Assembly: GCA_048772705.1 (NCBI GenBank)
Contig: JBLWGC010000180.1
Location: 1-64,000 of the forward strand
Direction of reading: 5' to 3'
DNA from: Leidyana gryllorum EB-2025a
Lineage: Eukaryota > Protista > Apicomplexa
Length of the DNA: 64,000 bases
Shown here: positions 11,216 to 22,922 of the stretch, one piece after another
How the letters are laid out: the number at the start of each line of letters is the position of its first letter
Position numbering within the stretch: position 1 is the first letter of the stretch
Translations under genes and position numbers: made by a program
Notes under the pieces: generated by a model
The model's input: the letters and a program-made list of their open reading frames with translations, nothing else
What the model was told of the DNA's origin: nothing
The model's database searches: none

Positions 11216-11779
11216 CTAAACCCCTGTTGAGCCGATGCCCCGTTCCCCGCGCACAGTCTCGTCCAAAGAAGTCACCAACTGAGAGAGACATGCTCCAGCG
11301 GACAATTTCTCACACCACTTACTTCAAATGAGATCTCGCTCAGATCACTCGAGACAGCTTGGAGCAATCGATCCCCTCGTTTTATCGTATACGGATAGTC
11401 CTTGATATTATCAAAAAGACCCATAAGAGTGCCTCGATACCCGGCATCAATTAAACCAACTGGGGAAGGGCAGCGAAATTGGCAGCTGACGTCAGGACTC
11501 ACCCGAGTTCGCCAATCGTAGGGGTGTTTTCGAAATCGAAGAACGGGGGGTAATCAGCCAAGAGATGGAGGGAAGACACGCACCTGTCCCGCCCTGTACG
11601 TCCGCACTGCGGTGGGCCGAGGCTCTAATCCCTAAGGAAACAGCTTTGGTTTCCCCTGGCTTAATCGTAACTTCTTCAGGACAGAATAAGTCGAAGCCAG
11701 CATCGCCTGGGTGATATTGCTCTTTGGTGGAGTACAATTGTTGAACAGAGTCGTCGAGACACAAGATCTTGAGATGCAT
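11216..11779 (-). CDS. DUT: dUTP pyrophosphatase
   Basis: GDAGFDL, PRSSISKTPLRLANS, GLIDAGYRG, GDRLLQ, RGTGHRL/GFG-type terminal motif split by an intron. Confidence 0.93.
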
Positions 11780-11814
11780 TGTCGTTCAAAAAGTTTGTAA
11801 CACACGCGTTTCTA

Positions 11815-12581
11815 ATGCTCCACGGATTCGGCGTGGTAGACCTCAAGGCACGCTGTCCGATTGTTACCCGATTTTACGATGTGATAGTGAGATTTCTAGA
11901 CCAAAAAGTTAGTCGACTGGTGTTTAGGAACCTGACCAATGCAGAAATCTTGTCAAGCGTCTGTACAAATTAGTGTGTACATTCGAGGCTGAAGGAGCGA
12001 CTGGGAATGCCCAGAGCGGGGCCGGGCTTTCGACGTCGGTCCGCCTCAACCAGCTTCCTGACGTGATTTGCAATGTGGTCCCCACACGTGCCGTTGCCTT
12101 CGCAGCCCCCGAGTTGACCGGCAAAGCTTGTCAACTCTTACATCAGACCCATGGCGACATGTTGGTATACATTCTTGCCGCGGAAGGCCACAATGAACTT
12201 GTTCTAATTGATGTATTGTCGGTACGTGGCTGAGAGGCAGACACCTTTATGCCTTTCCTTTAGCTGTTCATGCAAGCAGCACGAGTATTGCTTTCTGATA
12301 TGGACATCAAGGAGCCCGTGGAAGCATATGAGACTGTGAGCTGAGATTCTGTGGGGCACTCGTTGTTATCTATCTACTAGCTGAATCGGCTGGCCGATGC
12401 CATGATTGTGGGTGGCAGAATCTTTGAAACACATCTGCCTTCGGTCCTGGAGTTAGTTCATTCCGAAGCCAGTGCATTGGACTCTTCATCGGCTGGGCCC
12501 CTGCAAGCTGCCATCAGTGCTGCTGGCACCTTCGGAGGGACCCTTCTACAGGCCCTCCGGCAGGCCCACCCCACCAATTGA
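11815..12581 (+). CDS. Divergent clathrin-adaptor sigma-like (longin) subunit, possibly AP-3 sigma
   Basis: Three introns join MLHGFGVVD..TRFY / ..CNVV..LVYILAAEGHNELVLIDVL / LADAMIVGGRIFET, matching the sigma-adaptin layout (NEL.ILD.I; EMV.GG.V.ET). Confidence 0.65.
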
Positions 12582-12661
12582 TGAGACCTAGGTGGCCGTT
12601 TGAGCTGAAAGAATACTGTATAAGGGAAGTTGCATAAAATTCAGAAACAAAAAAATTGACA

Positions 12662-13846
12662 ATGGCTGACCTTCACGTGCCCAGAGCGGAGCTGACAGAG
12701 CCCGCTATACTGCAATCAGTGCTCGATCAGCATGAAACCGTCAACGAAGCAAGCGGGGGGATTGACGTGGAAGGAAATCCGGTGATTCGTCGAACCTCGC
12801 CACGCCGAAAAGCGCTCTATTGGGTTGCCGGAATTGGGGCAGTTTGCGGAGTTCTCTTCACAGCCAACTATTTCCGAGAGCACATCAACGACCGAAGCGT
12901 CCCAGACCAAGTGAACTTGCATCACTTTCACCCATTAAATAGTTTAGCTGGGTACAAGGTTCCATATGTGGATCTGAGTCTGAAGGGCTCATCCGGTAGT
13001 CGTAGTCTCAAGGGTTGGCTTCTGCAGGCTGCTCCCGAGGCTCCCACACTCATAGTTCTGCATGGGGGTCGCGCTGGCGAGGTGGGTTTTTGGATTCCCG
13101 AAGCAGTGAAACTTCATCGGGAAACAAATCTCAATGTCGCCATAATGTCATATCCGGGCGGAAGCTTACGCCGGACAGAGCAGGAACAGAAATTAGTGCG
13201 GTTGGAGATGCGTCATGCGGTGGAGAACTTGATAGAAGAGATGTCCAGTCTGGTTGACACAGGAAAGGTCTTCCTTTACGGTCAAGGGTTGGGAGCGGAT
13301 GTTGCAGTGGGTCTCGCCCACGACCCTGTCATCCGATCAGTAAGTCATATCTGCTTGAATAGTCGACAACCATTGAGCGCAGAAATTGAAGGGAATAGTT
13401 GTCGAAAACCCACGGCAAGGAGTGCCTGAGAAAGAACCCTCCAGTCAATGGGTCGACACGCTGAGATATGTTTTGCCTCTCTGGCTGCGTAACTTGGCGA
13501 CTACGTTGTCCCCCACGGTCCACGAGAAGTTGGCGGAAGTGGACAACGTACCTATGCTTTTCTACGGGAACGAGGGTCTCAGCAGCGCCACCGCGGGAGA
13601 GTGGTTCATGAAAACAGCCTCTGGTGACAAGGTTTTACTGACCTCATGTGCGATGGAGCCCACTCCAGAGGAGACTCCCAGCATGACCGAGCGCAAGTGG
13701 AGAGAGGTGAGTGGACCTTCAATTGAAAGTAGTTAGAATCTTCACCATTGCAGAAACTATGCGAGTTCGTGAACCAAGTGTCAGAAAACCAACCCGTAGG
13801 AGTCAATGTGTTCTCCGTGTATGATGATTGGAAAGCTTACATGTGA
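12662..13846 (+). CDS. ABHD13/ABHD12-like alpha/beta hydrolase with N-terminal TM segment; nucleophile Ser appears absent
   Basis: TM helix ALYWVAGIGAVCGVLF; LKGWLL; TLIVLHG; SYPG; VFLYGQGLG; GIVVEN; PMLF. Confidence 0.75.
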
Positions 13847-13857
13847 ATTTTAACGTG

Positions 13858-16800
13858 ATGGATGACTGGAACCGCAAAGTTCGGGTAACTTAGCACTATA
13901 CTCATGTCGAGTAGAGTTTCTATCCAACTTCTTCACAGACTCTGTACACATGGTCCCACCTCTATCTCGGCTTCAAGGTAGCCCAGGTTCGGTCGCGTAT
14001 GCTGCCGGAACAACAACGGGCAGAGTACTGGAAGAACCGGCACTCTAAGTTTGCTCAAGCGATTTGGACAAACATTGCTGATCTACGAGGGTGGTGGGTT
14101 AAAGTTGGTCAGTTTCTCTCCACTCGGGCCGACCTTTTACCGGACGAGTATGTGGCAGAACTGGCCAAAGTTCAAGACATGATGCCCACGAGTCCCTTCC
14201 CCATTATCAAAGATATGATAGAGGAGGAGTTGGGTGAGCAACATACACTGTGCATAGCTGTACACAAATATCCTCGTAACCAAATGGATGAGCTTCCACT
14301 GAAGTCTCTTTGCAAAGACGACTTTCGTAGGGCAATCCATTGAAGAGCTGTTTGACTATTTTGAACCGAATGCCATAGCTTCTGCGTCCATTGGACAGGT
14401 GAGATCTTGGCATCCTCAATGAAGCTGACTCTCAGGTGCACAAAGCACGACTTAGAACGTCAAAGGAATGGGTAGTTGTCAAGTGTCAACACCCCAATGT
14501 GGACAAACTATTGAGCCAAGACATGCGTCTGCTGACGCAGTTGAGTTGGGCTTTTGGTCTACTGGAAAGAGGTCTCAATTTTACGAGTGTCTTGGAAGAG
14601 TGGCAGAAGCAGGCAGCGCTCGAACTCGATTTCCGCCATGAGATGCGAGCACAACAACGAGTCAAAGAGGCGATGGAGAGGGCAAAGATCAATGTCAAGA
14701 TTCCTGGATGCTATCCCGAGTTCACCACTCGTAAGGTAATGGTCATGGAATTCATTGATGGGTTCAAGTGTACGGACACAGCCGCTCTGGAAGTAAGTCA
14801 ACATTTTGTGGGACACCCATTGCCCCATGTCAGGCCCACAATGTCAATGTGGACGACCTCTGTATCGAGATCACCAAGTCTTTTGCGTACCAAATCCATA
14901 TCGATGGGCTCTTCAATGGTAAGGAGCCAACTGGCTTTCCATACTGATTGTTAGGCGATCCCCATCCTGGAAACATTATGGTACAGCTAGATCCCAATAC
15001 TGGAAAGGCACGTCCGGTATTGATCGATTGGGGTCTGGTCAAGGAGTTCACCGTGTCCGAGAGAATCGCTTTTGCCCAGACTGTGAGTGCGGTCTGCCAT
15101 GTCTTCAGCGACGCTAACTTTTAGATTGTCAGTGTCGCCAACGCGGATGTGATGGGTTTGATGGGAGCGTTCCAGCAAATGGGGTTCCGTTTCCGCCGAC
15201 CCAATGCACCGAAGAAGTCTTCTAAAGGTGTTTCGAAGGTCGCGAATGAAGCTTCACCCATTCCGGTGGACCCAGAGATCTACCTTGATGCCATTGGTGT
15301 ACTATTCAGTGGCTCCAAGGCGGCAGAAGGGGCTGAGTCACAGCCGGTGGTCAGCGAGGCTGATAAGAAGCTCGTCTCGTCGAAGATGAAGAACAAGAAG
15401 GTTCAGAAACAAGGATTGCAAGCTGTACAAGAAAGTAAGCTCGGCAGAACGCTGGGCCCTCATGTTCTTCTGGTATAACAGATAACCCGCTCGACGATTG
15501 GCCGAAAGATGTCATCTTCTTTCTTCGTGTAGCATCGCTTCTTCACGGATTGTCAGTCCAATTGAAGGCGAAAGTGCCCTTCTTTCAAATCCTGCTGGAG
15601 CGAGCCGAAGAGGCGATTCGCACTCACGGGTCCATTCCATCTCCCTTTGCTCATCTCGTGATCCGTCCACGACTTAGTTTACGGGAAGCGCAGCTGTCAG
15701 ATTCATGGAGATCCACCAGTGGGCTAAACCATAATGGGTCAAGGTCTCTGCTGGAGTGGCGATTGCATAAAGCTCTGGTAGTCGCCGCAGCCAGAGGTGA
15801 CTTGCTGGGATGTCAAGTGGCAGTCTGGCATCGACGGACGCTTGTGGCTGATGTTGCAGTTGGACGGATGGGCCCGTATGATTCGCGTCCGGTAACAAGT
15901 CAGACTTTGTTCACGGCGTTCTCTTTGACCAATGTGATCATGATAACAATGATATTGAATATGATTGGATCGGGGCGGCTGAAGCTCACCGACTGCCTCT
16001 CGGAGTGGTGGGACCAATTCATCCGCGGAGGCAAGAGGTCTGTGACGGTGAAGCAGGTCCTCAATCATCAAAGTGGCGTCCACTCTTTTCTACCTAGCAA
16101 CCTTACTTTGGCTCAGATCACCAATATTCGACATATGCTGAAGCTGGTCGAGGCTGCTCCTGTGCTGTGTACACCAGGCCAATGCGGACACTATCCCTAT
16201 TACTGTTGCTCCTGGATCTACTACGGTTTGATCGAAGCTGTTGCCAAGATGAGACCCAGCAAGTACTTGAGATCGGTTTGCTTCCGAGAATGGAAGGTGC
16301 GGCAATTGGCGAAAGGAATCTATTTCCCGGTTCCAAGTCGCACTGTGGCGGTGGCCAAAGAGGCAGAAGCCAGAATTCAACGAGCCACCACCTTTGCAGA
16401 TCAGCTGCCCGCTCTCGACTCGGCTGTTGTTTCCACTTCAGACCACAAGAGAGCTCGATTTGCCAAGTCAACCACCCCACTTCCGATGAAGAGTTCTTTG
16501 GAGAGTCTGAAAGTCTCGCCGCGGTTGCCGAACACAGCGCCTGCGATGCAAAGGAGCCTAAGTATGCAGGATCTCTGCACTCCCCCGACTGGTAGAGGCC
16601 GCGGTGATGACGGTTCCAGTGTGTCGAGTGAGGATGTGCCTCAGCCCGAGAGCGTCTCCGTCTTTGGAAGTGGAACACGAGACACTCGAGCCATTTTGGA
16701 GTCTCCACTCTTCTCAACCCCACAGACGCAAAAGTTACCACCGCATCCCGTTTCACGCCCTGAAAGTTTACCACTGAGCAAATCCCAACGACGAGGTAGT

Positions 16801-18271
16801 CGGAGGACGAGCATGGCGAACAATATCTTGCCTCGGGTGCGCAGTGCCACCAGGGCTTTGGAAGCTACGTTGTCTGAAGACCAAATTGTCAGAGACATTG
16901 AAACTACGACGCCATATGATCAGATTCCGGACCAATTGCTCAAGCATGTTATCCTAGAACGACGACGATCACATGACATCACTGATTTTTCCACTATCCA
17001 GTCTCTTCGGAGGTGAGTGTACCACCAATCATAGTTTAAACTCTTTATTTGATCCTCAGCCGGGGAGCTGTTGGTATGGTGGGAACTCCCCCTGCATTGA
17101 GCGGGCTCAAGAGCTCATCTGGACGTCCTCTGGCTGCCTCGATGGCGCTGATGGAGTCTGGCAGCATGCTCGCGGAACAGTCAGCGCTACTGACGCTCGC
17201 AAGAATGGCATCGATGAAAAGAGACTTGGGCATTGCCGGGTGAGTACCACTCGATATACATCTCTCTCTTACTTTCTCCTTCTCCGAACCAGGATGGCGG
17301 ACGCGACGAGTATGCGACTGGCAACCAAAACGGTAGCTGAGGAGCCACCCCAGGCAGAGGTGGATCGCAAAGATTGGGATCAGCGATTAGCTGCGTTGAA
17401 GCGAGGCAAGCGGAGTGTGCTGATCGACCAAGGTGGATTGTTCTCCAAGTATCCCGGACGACGGAAGTTGATGGAGGAACTGGAGGCTAAAAGATTGGAG
17501 AAAGCCTCGCGGATCGCCGCATTCATGGCCAAGCAGGATGAGAAACCAAAATCGCTGAGTGCATTACAGCTCATGCGAAGCCGACCACATCTGATGGACC
17601 CTCTCCTCTTCGATGCCAAAGATGTCATGCCGCTCGACATCCCTTGTGCGAACGCACGAGTGACAGCTCGGGCGTTGAGTGGACTACTACACGCAGTGAA
17701 CCGGAACGCGGTGGTCAAACCTTCGTTGCTCGCACAAGCCTGTCAACCAACAACACAGGACTCAAGCGTGGAAGCATGGATTGCGACTGGAGGTCTCCCG
17801 CCACTCTTCGGGCTGGGGTACCAACTTTTGCCCGTTCAGCGTTGTGGCGCTCCTAGATCTCATCCTGCCTCTTACAGTCTCGAAACTTCTCTGTCTCCTG
17901 ATTTGACAGTGGTGGCAGACCTCCCGCCGACGTGCGCCACGACGGTCCTTCCTAGTCACTCAGTGCCAGTCATATGTGTTCCGCCCAATACGCGCATGAC
18001 CAGGAACGTTGTTAAGCATCGGAGTGTGCCTCGTCCCTCGAAGCCGTCTCGTGATGTCTGCCACATCAGCTTCCGCGGGACGCCGACATCAGATGACCTG
18101 ATCTACGGTTTCGGAGGCTCGGATATGAACGGCAACATGATCTTTAGTTTCACTGAGTGTGAACTGTCAGTCTGTATATTGGTAAACGACAGTGTGATGG
18201 GTAGCCGTACCTCGCGTCGCGTTTTGTCTATGGTCTTGGAGGCATTTGGCCTTGAAGTTCGAGCGGCTTAG
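13858..18271 (+). CDS. ABC1/UbiB atypical kinase fused to a serine beta-lactamase-like domain, multi-exon
   Basis: WWVKVGQFLSTRADLLP, ASASIGQVH, VVVKCQHP, ELDF, FNGDPHPGN, LIDWG; then GCQVAVW, RPVTSQTLF.AFS, TVKQVLNHQSG, FGLGYQ. Confidence 0.88.
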
Positions 18272-18288
18272 AGCCCAATTTTTGAGAC
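18272..18288 (+). promoter_or_regulatory. AATTTT(T) pre-ATG motif, putative initiator/TSS element (example instance)
   Basis: Similar A/T tracts lie 5-35 nt upstream of ATGs at 7390, 11188(-), 13858, 18289, 22923, 41446, 42634 and 48293(-). Confidence 0.5.
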
Positions 18289-21200
18289 ATGCAGCTTTCC
18301 ATGTATGAGGACCGGTCCCTGCACATCTCCAGACTCCCTTCGTCTTCCCTTCTGGGCTCGAAAGTAGACTCTCAACCATTCCGAGCCAGACTTGTGAGGT
18401 TGCACCTCCGGCCTGAGGTCTCAATTGAGACTCTGTCGGCAAGGTGGAGGGACGCCACAACCGATGTCCAATCAAATATATCGTGGGACTTACTCTCTTC
18501 AACCACGAATCGTCATGTATTGTATGTTGTTGCTAAGCAACGTGTTAGTGGGCCAACTACGACAGAGCCCCAAACCTCGTTAGAAGCCTCTTTGGCTCGC
18601 TGGTTCTCTGCTATCAGTGGATATTTGTCCAAACCATCGGCCAGTTCACAATTGATCCCAGTGACGGAGTCCGAAACCACATATCCGTCTTTCGTCTGTC
18701 TGGAGACTGTACACGTGAAGCCGGGTCAAGAAGCAGAGTTTGGCGCCTTCGCGCGCGAATGGTTGGAACCTGAAAACCTAAGTCTTCCTCCGCGGCTAAT
18801 TAGGATGGTTCAATCTGAAGTGCATGAGCCAATGGGTCACTCCATCCTCCAGGATGTGACCAATTCGACTGTGTTCTACATAATTTACCACTTCAGCAGG
18901 TGAGACTTGACCATCCTCCCTTGTGGTGTATCGAGCCGAGTGCAGTGAGAGCGTTGCATCGAAGATACGAGCAACACCTGCGTGGCGGTCCTGGAGGCGA
19001 CGCTTTGGACCCTACGTGGAAGGACCCAGCGGAGTCGAGTCGCTGAATGTTGTTCTGAGTAATCGCGATCACAATGACGGAAGCCCAGTTTCGACAGCCG
19101 TAAGCGTCATTTCCCTGGGGTTTGAGAGTTGTGAGTTGCAGGCAACGAGCTCCTCTTTTGAGATGGTACCCCATGAGATCACGACTTTCTCTATGGAATC
19201 CAGCGAAGAGGTGACCAATCGATGTCTGGCAACTGATGAGAGGTTGAAACCCTACCGAGACTTCATTCGATCTCGTTTTGAATCGTATGTTCATCAGATT
19301 GAAGAGGTTAAAGGATCACATTCAACTTGGTTTGACATTGCCAAAGCTCATGAAGAGTTTGGAGTGTTTCAAACAGACGACCCTGGACTTTATCGTGTTC
19401 GAGAATGGTTACCTGGTGCTAAAGAAGTTTACGTATTTGGTGACTTCAACGAGTGGAACAAAGAGTCACATCCCTTGGCAAAAGAGTTCCTCCCAGATTC
19501 TGAGGAGCCGACGGGTGCTTGGTCGACTTTGATCGGAGGCATGGCGCCACGACAGCGCTTCAAGCTGCGAATTATAGGAGCCGACGACCAGGAACGTGAG
19601 GTGGTATCAATCTGGGTGCGAACAGCTTGGCCCTCGATTGAGCCCAATGTGTTGGATGGAGTAGTGACGCTGCCTCACACAGCAAAGTTTGTTAATGCTC
19701 GCCCACCCCCACCAAAGTCGCTCCGCTTGTATGAGGTTCACGTCGGTATCTGCTCGGAAGAAGAAAGAATCGGGACTTTCAGTGACTGCAAGAGAATTGT
19801 TTTGCCTCGTATGCGTATGCTGGGCATGAACACGTTGTTGATCAAGGGCCTTCAAGAGCATCCCTATTTTGGTTCTGGAGGGTGGCATGTGACCGGATTT
19901 TTTGCCCCGAGCTCCCGTTTCGGCACACCTGACGAGTTACGTGACTTGATTGAAGCGGCTCATGCCCAGCAGATCCGGGTGCTGTTTTCAGCCGTGATCT
20001 CGCATGCCAGTCCGTCGCTGGATCTGCTAGACGGGACTGAGAGTATGGGAGGGCTCTTCATGACTGGTCACGGGCGCCGAAATGCTATGTGGGATGCTCC
20101 TACCTTCGATTATAGCCAACTGATGGCGCAACGTTTCACTCTCTCTTGTTTACGATACTACCTGGAAGACTTCAATGTCGATGGTTTCGTTCTCGAAGGC
20201 CTTCAGTCCGTACTATATCGCGACCACGCTGCTTGTGGGGGATTCGACCGATATGACTATCACGCTCACTTTTCGAATAATGCTGCGATCCCCAACCACG
20301 TCTTTTTGATGATGTTGAACGAGATGATCCATACTCTGAGGCCCGATGCCACCACCATTGCGAGTGACTCGTGTCAAACTCCAACACTGGCCACCTCTCT
20401 CGAGAATGGTGGACTGGGTTTCGACTATGTCTGTTCGTTGCATATCAATAGTGCTGTCACTAAATTCATAGACACCATTGACGACATGCGATATCCACTG
20501 AGAGCCTTTTCGTATGAACTGGACAGACTGTCTACGGAGAAAAGATTGGCTGTTATGGAGAACATTGATTCACTGATGATTGGGAAACGGCGGATGAAGG
20601 TTGCATTCTTCGCTTGGGAAACTCTGCACACCATCGCCGTCGGAGGGATAGCGCCTCACGTTACCGAATTAGCTGCTGCTCTGCGCAGATGCGGAAACGA
20701 AGTTCATATTTTCACCCGTGCGACTACCATCAGTCCCGGAGTCTCAAATCACTATGGAGTATTCTATCACGAGGTGCCCTTCTCGCTCGATCGAGACTTC
20801 GTCCGAGAGTGTGGCAACATGTGTGGAGCCTTCGTGAGCGCAATGTTAGAGGAGGAGCGTGTCTCGACCGAGGCTTTTGACGTGATCCATGGTCACGATT
20901 GGTTGGTCGCACGCGCTGTCACTGCACTGAAGGGACTGGGTCGCACGGTTGTCTTTACCATGCATAGCACCGAGTCTGGCCGCTGTGGAAATCAAGTTTT
21001 CGGGGGTGATTCTGCTCGCATCCGAGCGATAGAAAGAGAGGCATGTGCGGTTGCTGATCGGGTCATCTGTGTCTCGGGTGTCTTGGCCGACGAGGTACGC
21101 ACACAGTACAGCGTCCACAGGGAGAAGATCCGGGTGGTGTACAACGGATGTAACGTACAGAACTTCGATGGGTTCGAGGATGCGGGTGAGCGCTCGTTTG

Positions 21201-22722
21201 TTTGTTGGCCGATGATCTCATCCACTCTTGAACAGCACCTACAAAGCAGAGATACAATGTTGAAGCTTTGCAGCCCACAATACTTTTTGTTGGACGATTC
21301 GTAGTTCAGAAAGGCGTCGATCTGCTGGTGGAGGCCGTTCCCCACATTCTCAAATTCCGGTCGGATGTTGTCTTTGTAATCGTTGGTGATGGGCACATGC
21401 GCGCGGATGTTGAGAAGAGAGCGAACGTTCTGGGCGTCTCCCACGCGCTGAGGTTTGTTGGGGCCAAGACAGGGCCCGAGCTGAAGAGTCTCTTCAAGAT
21501 GTGCGACGCCGTCATCGTTCCAAGTAGGAATGAACCATTCGGAATTGTTGTTTTGGAAGCATGGTCGGCCTACAAGCCAGTGATAGCTACTACCTCCGGA
21601 GGCCCTCGCGACTTTGTCACACCCAACGTTGACGGATTGCTGGTGGATCCCACCCCAAGCAGCATTTCGTGGGGGGTCTGCGAGCTATTGAAGAATTTTG
21701 AGCACGCCCGGGTGAGTCCCTTGCGACACGAATGTCGTCACTTCTGATAATGTCGCAGTGGATGGGCGAGAGAGGTCGCGTCAAAGCAGCGTACAGTTTC
21801 TCCTGGGACACCATCGGACTGCAAACCCGCGACATCTACTTTGAGTTGATGAACCGATCGGACGCTCCCTACTGCAACTCTCTGAGAGGCGGCTGTAGTT
21901 TGTCCCAACGTGCGCTTGGTGGTAGTCTGTATCACCACATGACAATCTTTGACGACGATGCTGCCACTAGTCGCGGCTTGGCTCTCCTACGTCTGGTGCA
22001 ATTGCTTTGCTGTACACTGGCCAGTGACAGCTTCGCATTGGCGATCGGGAGTGAATTCGGTCATCCAGGTAAATGATGAGGCTAGTCATATATGTATGCG
22101 TTCGCAGATTGGATCGATTTGCCGCGAGCCGGCAACAACTTTAGTCACTTCCACGCTCGTCGACAATGGTCGCTGAGTCTGAGGAAGGATCTGAAGTATA
22201 AGCACATGTTGCTCTTCACCAAAGTGCTCAACTCGATTGATTCTGTGCTAGAGATCAGCGCGAGCGAGCATACTTACGTGAATTGCTGCAATGAAGAAGA
22301 TAGAGTGATTGCTTTCGAGCGAGGGGAGTGCTTGATTGTTGCAAACCTTCACCCCGAGAGAAGCTTTACTGATTACGGAATTGGACACAGCTTACCTTCA
22401 GCCAAATCAGGCAATCTGAGGTGTATTATGGACACCGACGAAATCCGGTTTGGTGGATGGGGACGAATTGCTGAACATTTTTCAGAGTATCCACCATGTG
22501 TGGATCGAATTGGCGACCGCGAAAAGGCGGTTAAATTGTATCTCCCTGCAAGATCTGCTTTCGTGAGTCGACAAGACACCTCTCTCTATCTTCACGGGGA
22601 TGTGTCAGGTACTTATCTCAGAGGAATTATTCGAAAGCAAGGCTCTAGGCCACATGGAGGTCTTGAATGACCTCACCCCCGATGCTTTAATAGACCGATT
22701 TGTGGCCCTCGATACCCCTTAG
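18289..22722 (+). CDS. Multidomain ABM-like(x2)-CBM48-GH13 branching-enzyme-like protein with an inserted GT4 glycosyltransferase domain
   Basis: REWLPGA..FGDFNEWN, LRLYEVHVG, FFAPSSRFGTPDEL (GH13_8). MKVAFFAWE..GGIAPHV, HGHDW, FVGRFVVQKG, PSRNEPFGIVVLEAW (GT4). GSEFGHPDWIDLPRAGN..RRQW, VIAFER, LYLPAR (GH13 C-terminal half). Confidence 0.88.
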
Positions 22723-22922
22723 ATATACAAGTTTTCTCACTTCTTCCTTTAGCTCTAAAATCAAAGTGCCTATTTCCTCCCTCTGTCTGTTGGTTGCTTC
22801 TAGACGCCTCCCAGGAACTTGTGAATGGACGGTGAGGCACCGCACTCCAACTCTACGACATAATTGGATTTATGCACAAGCATCCTATTTCGTAATTTTT
22901 GGTGGCTACGGGGGCAGAAGTC

